A program made the position numbers and the translations under genes. A DNA stretch of 64,000 bases. Origin: Spirochaetota bacterium. Its GTDB lineage: Bacteria; Spirochaetota; UBA4802; JAFGDQ01. Below are positions 63,090 through 64,000 of the stretch, piece by piece (the stretch's first letter is position 1; every line of letters begins with the position of its first letter). The notes beneath the pieces were generated by a model. It searched no databases and was not told the origin of the DNA. It saw only the letters and a list, made by a program, of their open reading frames with translations. Location of the stretch: positions 32,001-96,000 of the forward strand of contig JAZDKB010000027.1 of the NCBI GenBank assembly GCA_043803405.1. The letters are read 5' to 3'.

Positions 63090-63998
63090 CTACCTGAAAT
63101 CCACAGGTAAAGGCATGAATGTTAATAAAAATATTATAATGCAAATCCACGCTATTGCCTTTTCGCCGGTAGAAAGCCCGTCAGTATCGTAAACAGGAGG
63201 GTGCCCTATTTTCAGCAGCACGAGAGACAGGACGACCCACACAACCCAGCCTATCCAGATAAAGCTGAGCACGATGAGCCCTGCGAACGCGGCCCATCCG
63301 AACAAAAGCTGTTTTCTGCCCAGAAGAGCATACACAACGCGGCTGCCGTCCAGCTGGCCTATCGGCATAAGGTTAAGGCTCGTGATCAGAAATCCGATCC
63401 AGCCTGCCCACGCATACGGGGAAAGATAAATGTCAAAGCCTGCGGGAATGCGGCCGTGTATTGCCGTAGTGATAATCGAGGTAAGAATTGAATCGCCGAA
63501 AAAAATATTCATTCCGTCTGCGGACGGCGGAGGAATCGGCTTTACATCGGATAAATATATTCCGGCAATGCTTGCGATAAGGCTCACAATGAAACCCGCA
63601 ATCGGCCCCATTGCGCCTATATAAAGCAAATCCTTTCTTTTACAGATCGGAGACTTTATTTTAATTACAGCTCCCATAGTGCCTATCCCGCCGAACCCAA
63701 GCAGAAATGAAGGGAAAGGGATAAAATAGGGCAAACTTGCCTTAACGCCGAAATGCCTTGCTGCAAAGTAATGCCCCATCTCATGCGAAAGCAGGATTGC
63801 AATCAGGGTCAGTGAGAACGGCAGACCGCTCAGAAATACAGAACCGGCACTGCCCCCGGATTCTATGCCCGAGAGCGTAGTAGTGACTAAAGTAGCAGCA
63901 AAAAGTAAAATATTTATCCATACGCGTTTCCGCTCAGGCTCTTCGCCTGTATAATTCTTTCTCCCGATAATTATTGTATCAGGATTCATGTTGAGCAA
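63090..63998 (-). CDS. Site-2 protease (M50 intramembrane metalloprotease), start may lie beyond the window
   Basis: HEMGH, GPIAG, LNLMPIGQLDG; multiple TM. Confidence 0.92.
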   Translation of the reverse strand: MLNMNPDTIIIGRKNYTGEEPERKRVWINILLFAATLVTTTLSGIESGGSAGSVFLSGLPFSLTLIAILLSHEMGHYFAARHFGVKASLPYFIPFPSFLLGFGGIGTMGAVIKIKSPICKRKDLLYIGAMGPIAGFIVSLIASIAGIYLSDVKPIPPPSADGMNIFFGDSILTSIITTAIHGRIPAGFDIYLSPYAWAGWIGFLITSLNLMPIGQLDGSRVVYALLGRKQLLFGWAAFAGLIVLSFIWIGWVVWVVLSLVLLKIGHPPVYDTDGLSTGEKAIAWICIIIFLLTFMPLPVDFR

Positions 63999-64000
63999 AT

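Overview
Bacterial chromosomal segment, roughly 40% GC by eye, probably from an anaerobe. A spirochaete is plausible from lipoprotein style and gene order, but this is inference only. Positions 1-11 kb hold two convergent two-component/c-di-GMP signalling operons. Positions 11-24 kb hold a cold-shock protein, pyruvate:ferredoxin oxidoreductase, an MBL hydrolase, a CDF transporter and a two-gene FdhAB/FdnGH-like locus whose alpha subunit has Ser at the Cys/Sec metal-ligand position. Positions 24-30 kb hold an ECF sigma factor, a putative anti-sigma, a CsgG-like protein and two PKD + FG-GAP lipoproteins. Positions 30-49 kb are mostly housekeeping (NRAMP-like/MgtE-N pair, nadE, tsaD, S41 protease, signal peptidase I, guaA, purE) plus a four-gene envelope cluster (DUF2279/DUF3943-like). 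Positions 49.3-63 kb form an array of 9 exported proteins (8 lipoproteins) headed by a gingipain-like C25 protease. These share a signal cassette but carry different adhesin-like domains. A repeated bipartite promoter-like motif precedes array genes, and one half of it recurs upstream of the ECF sigma gene 20 kb away. No rRNA, tRNA, CRISPR array or transposase was recognised. All family calls come from motif recognition by eye, not database searches.
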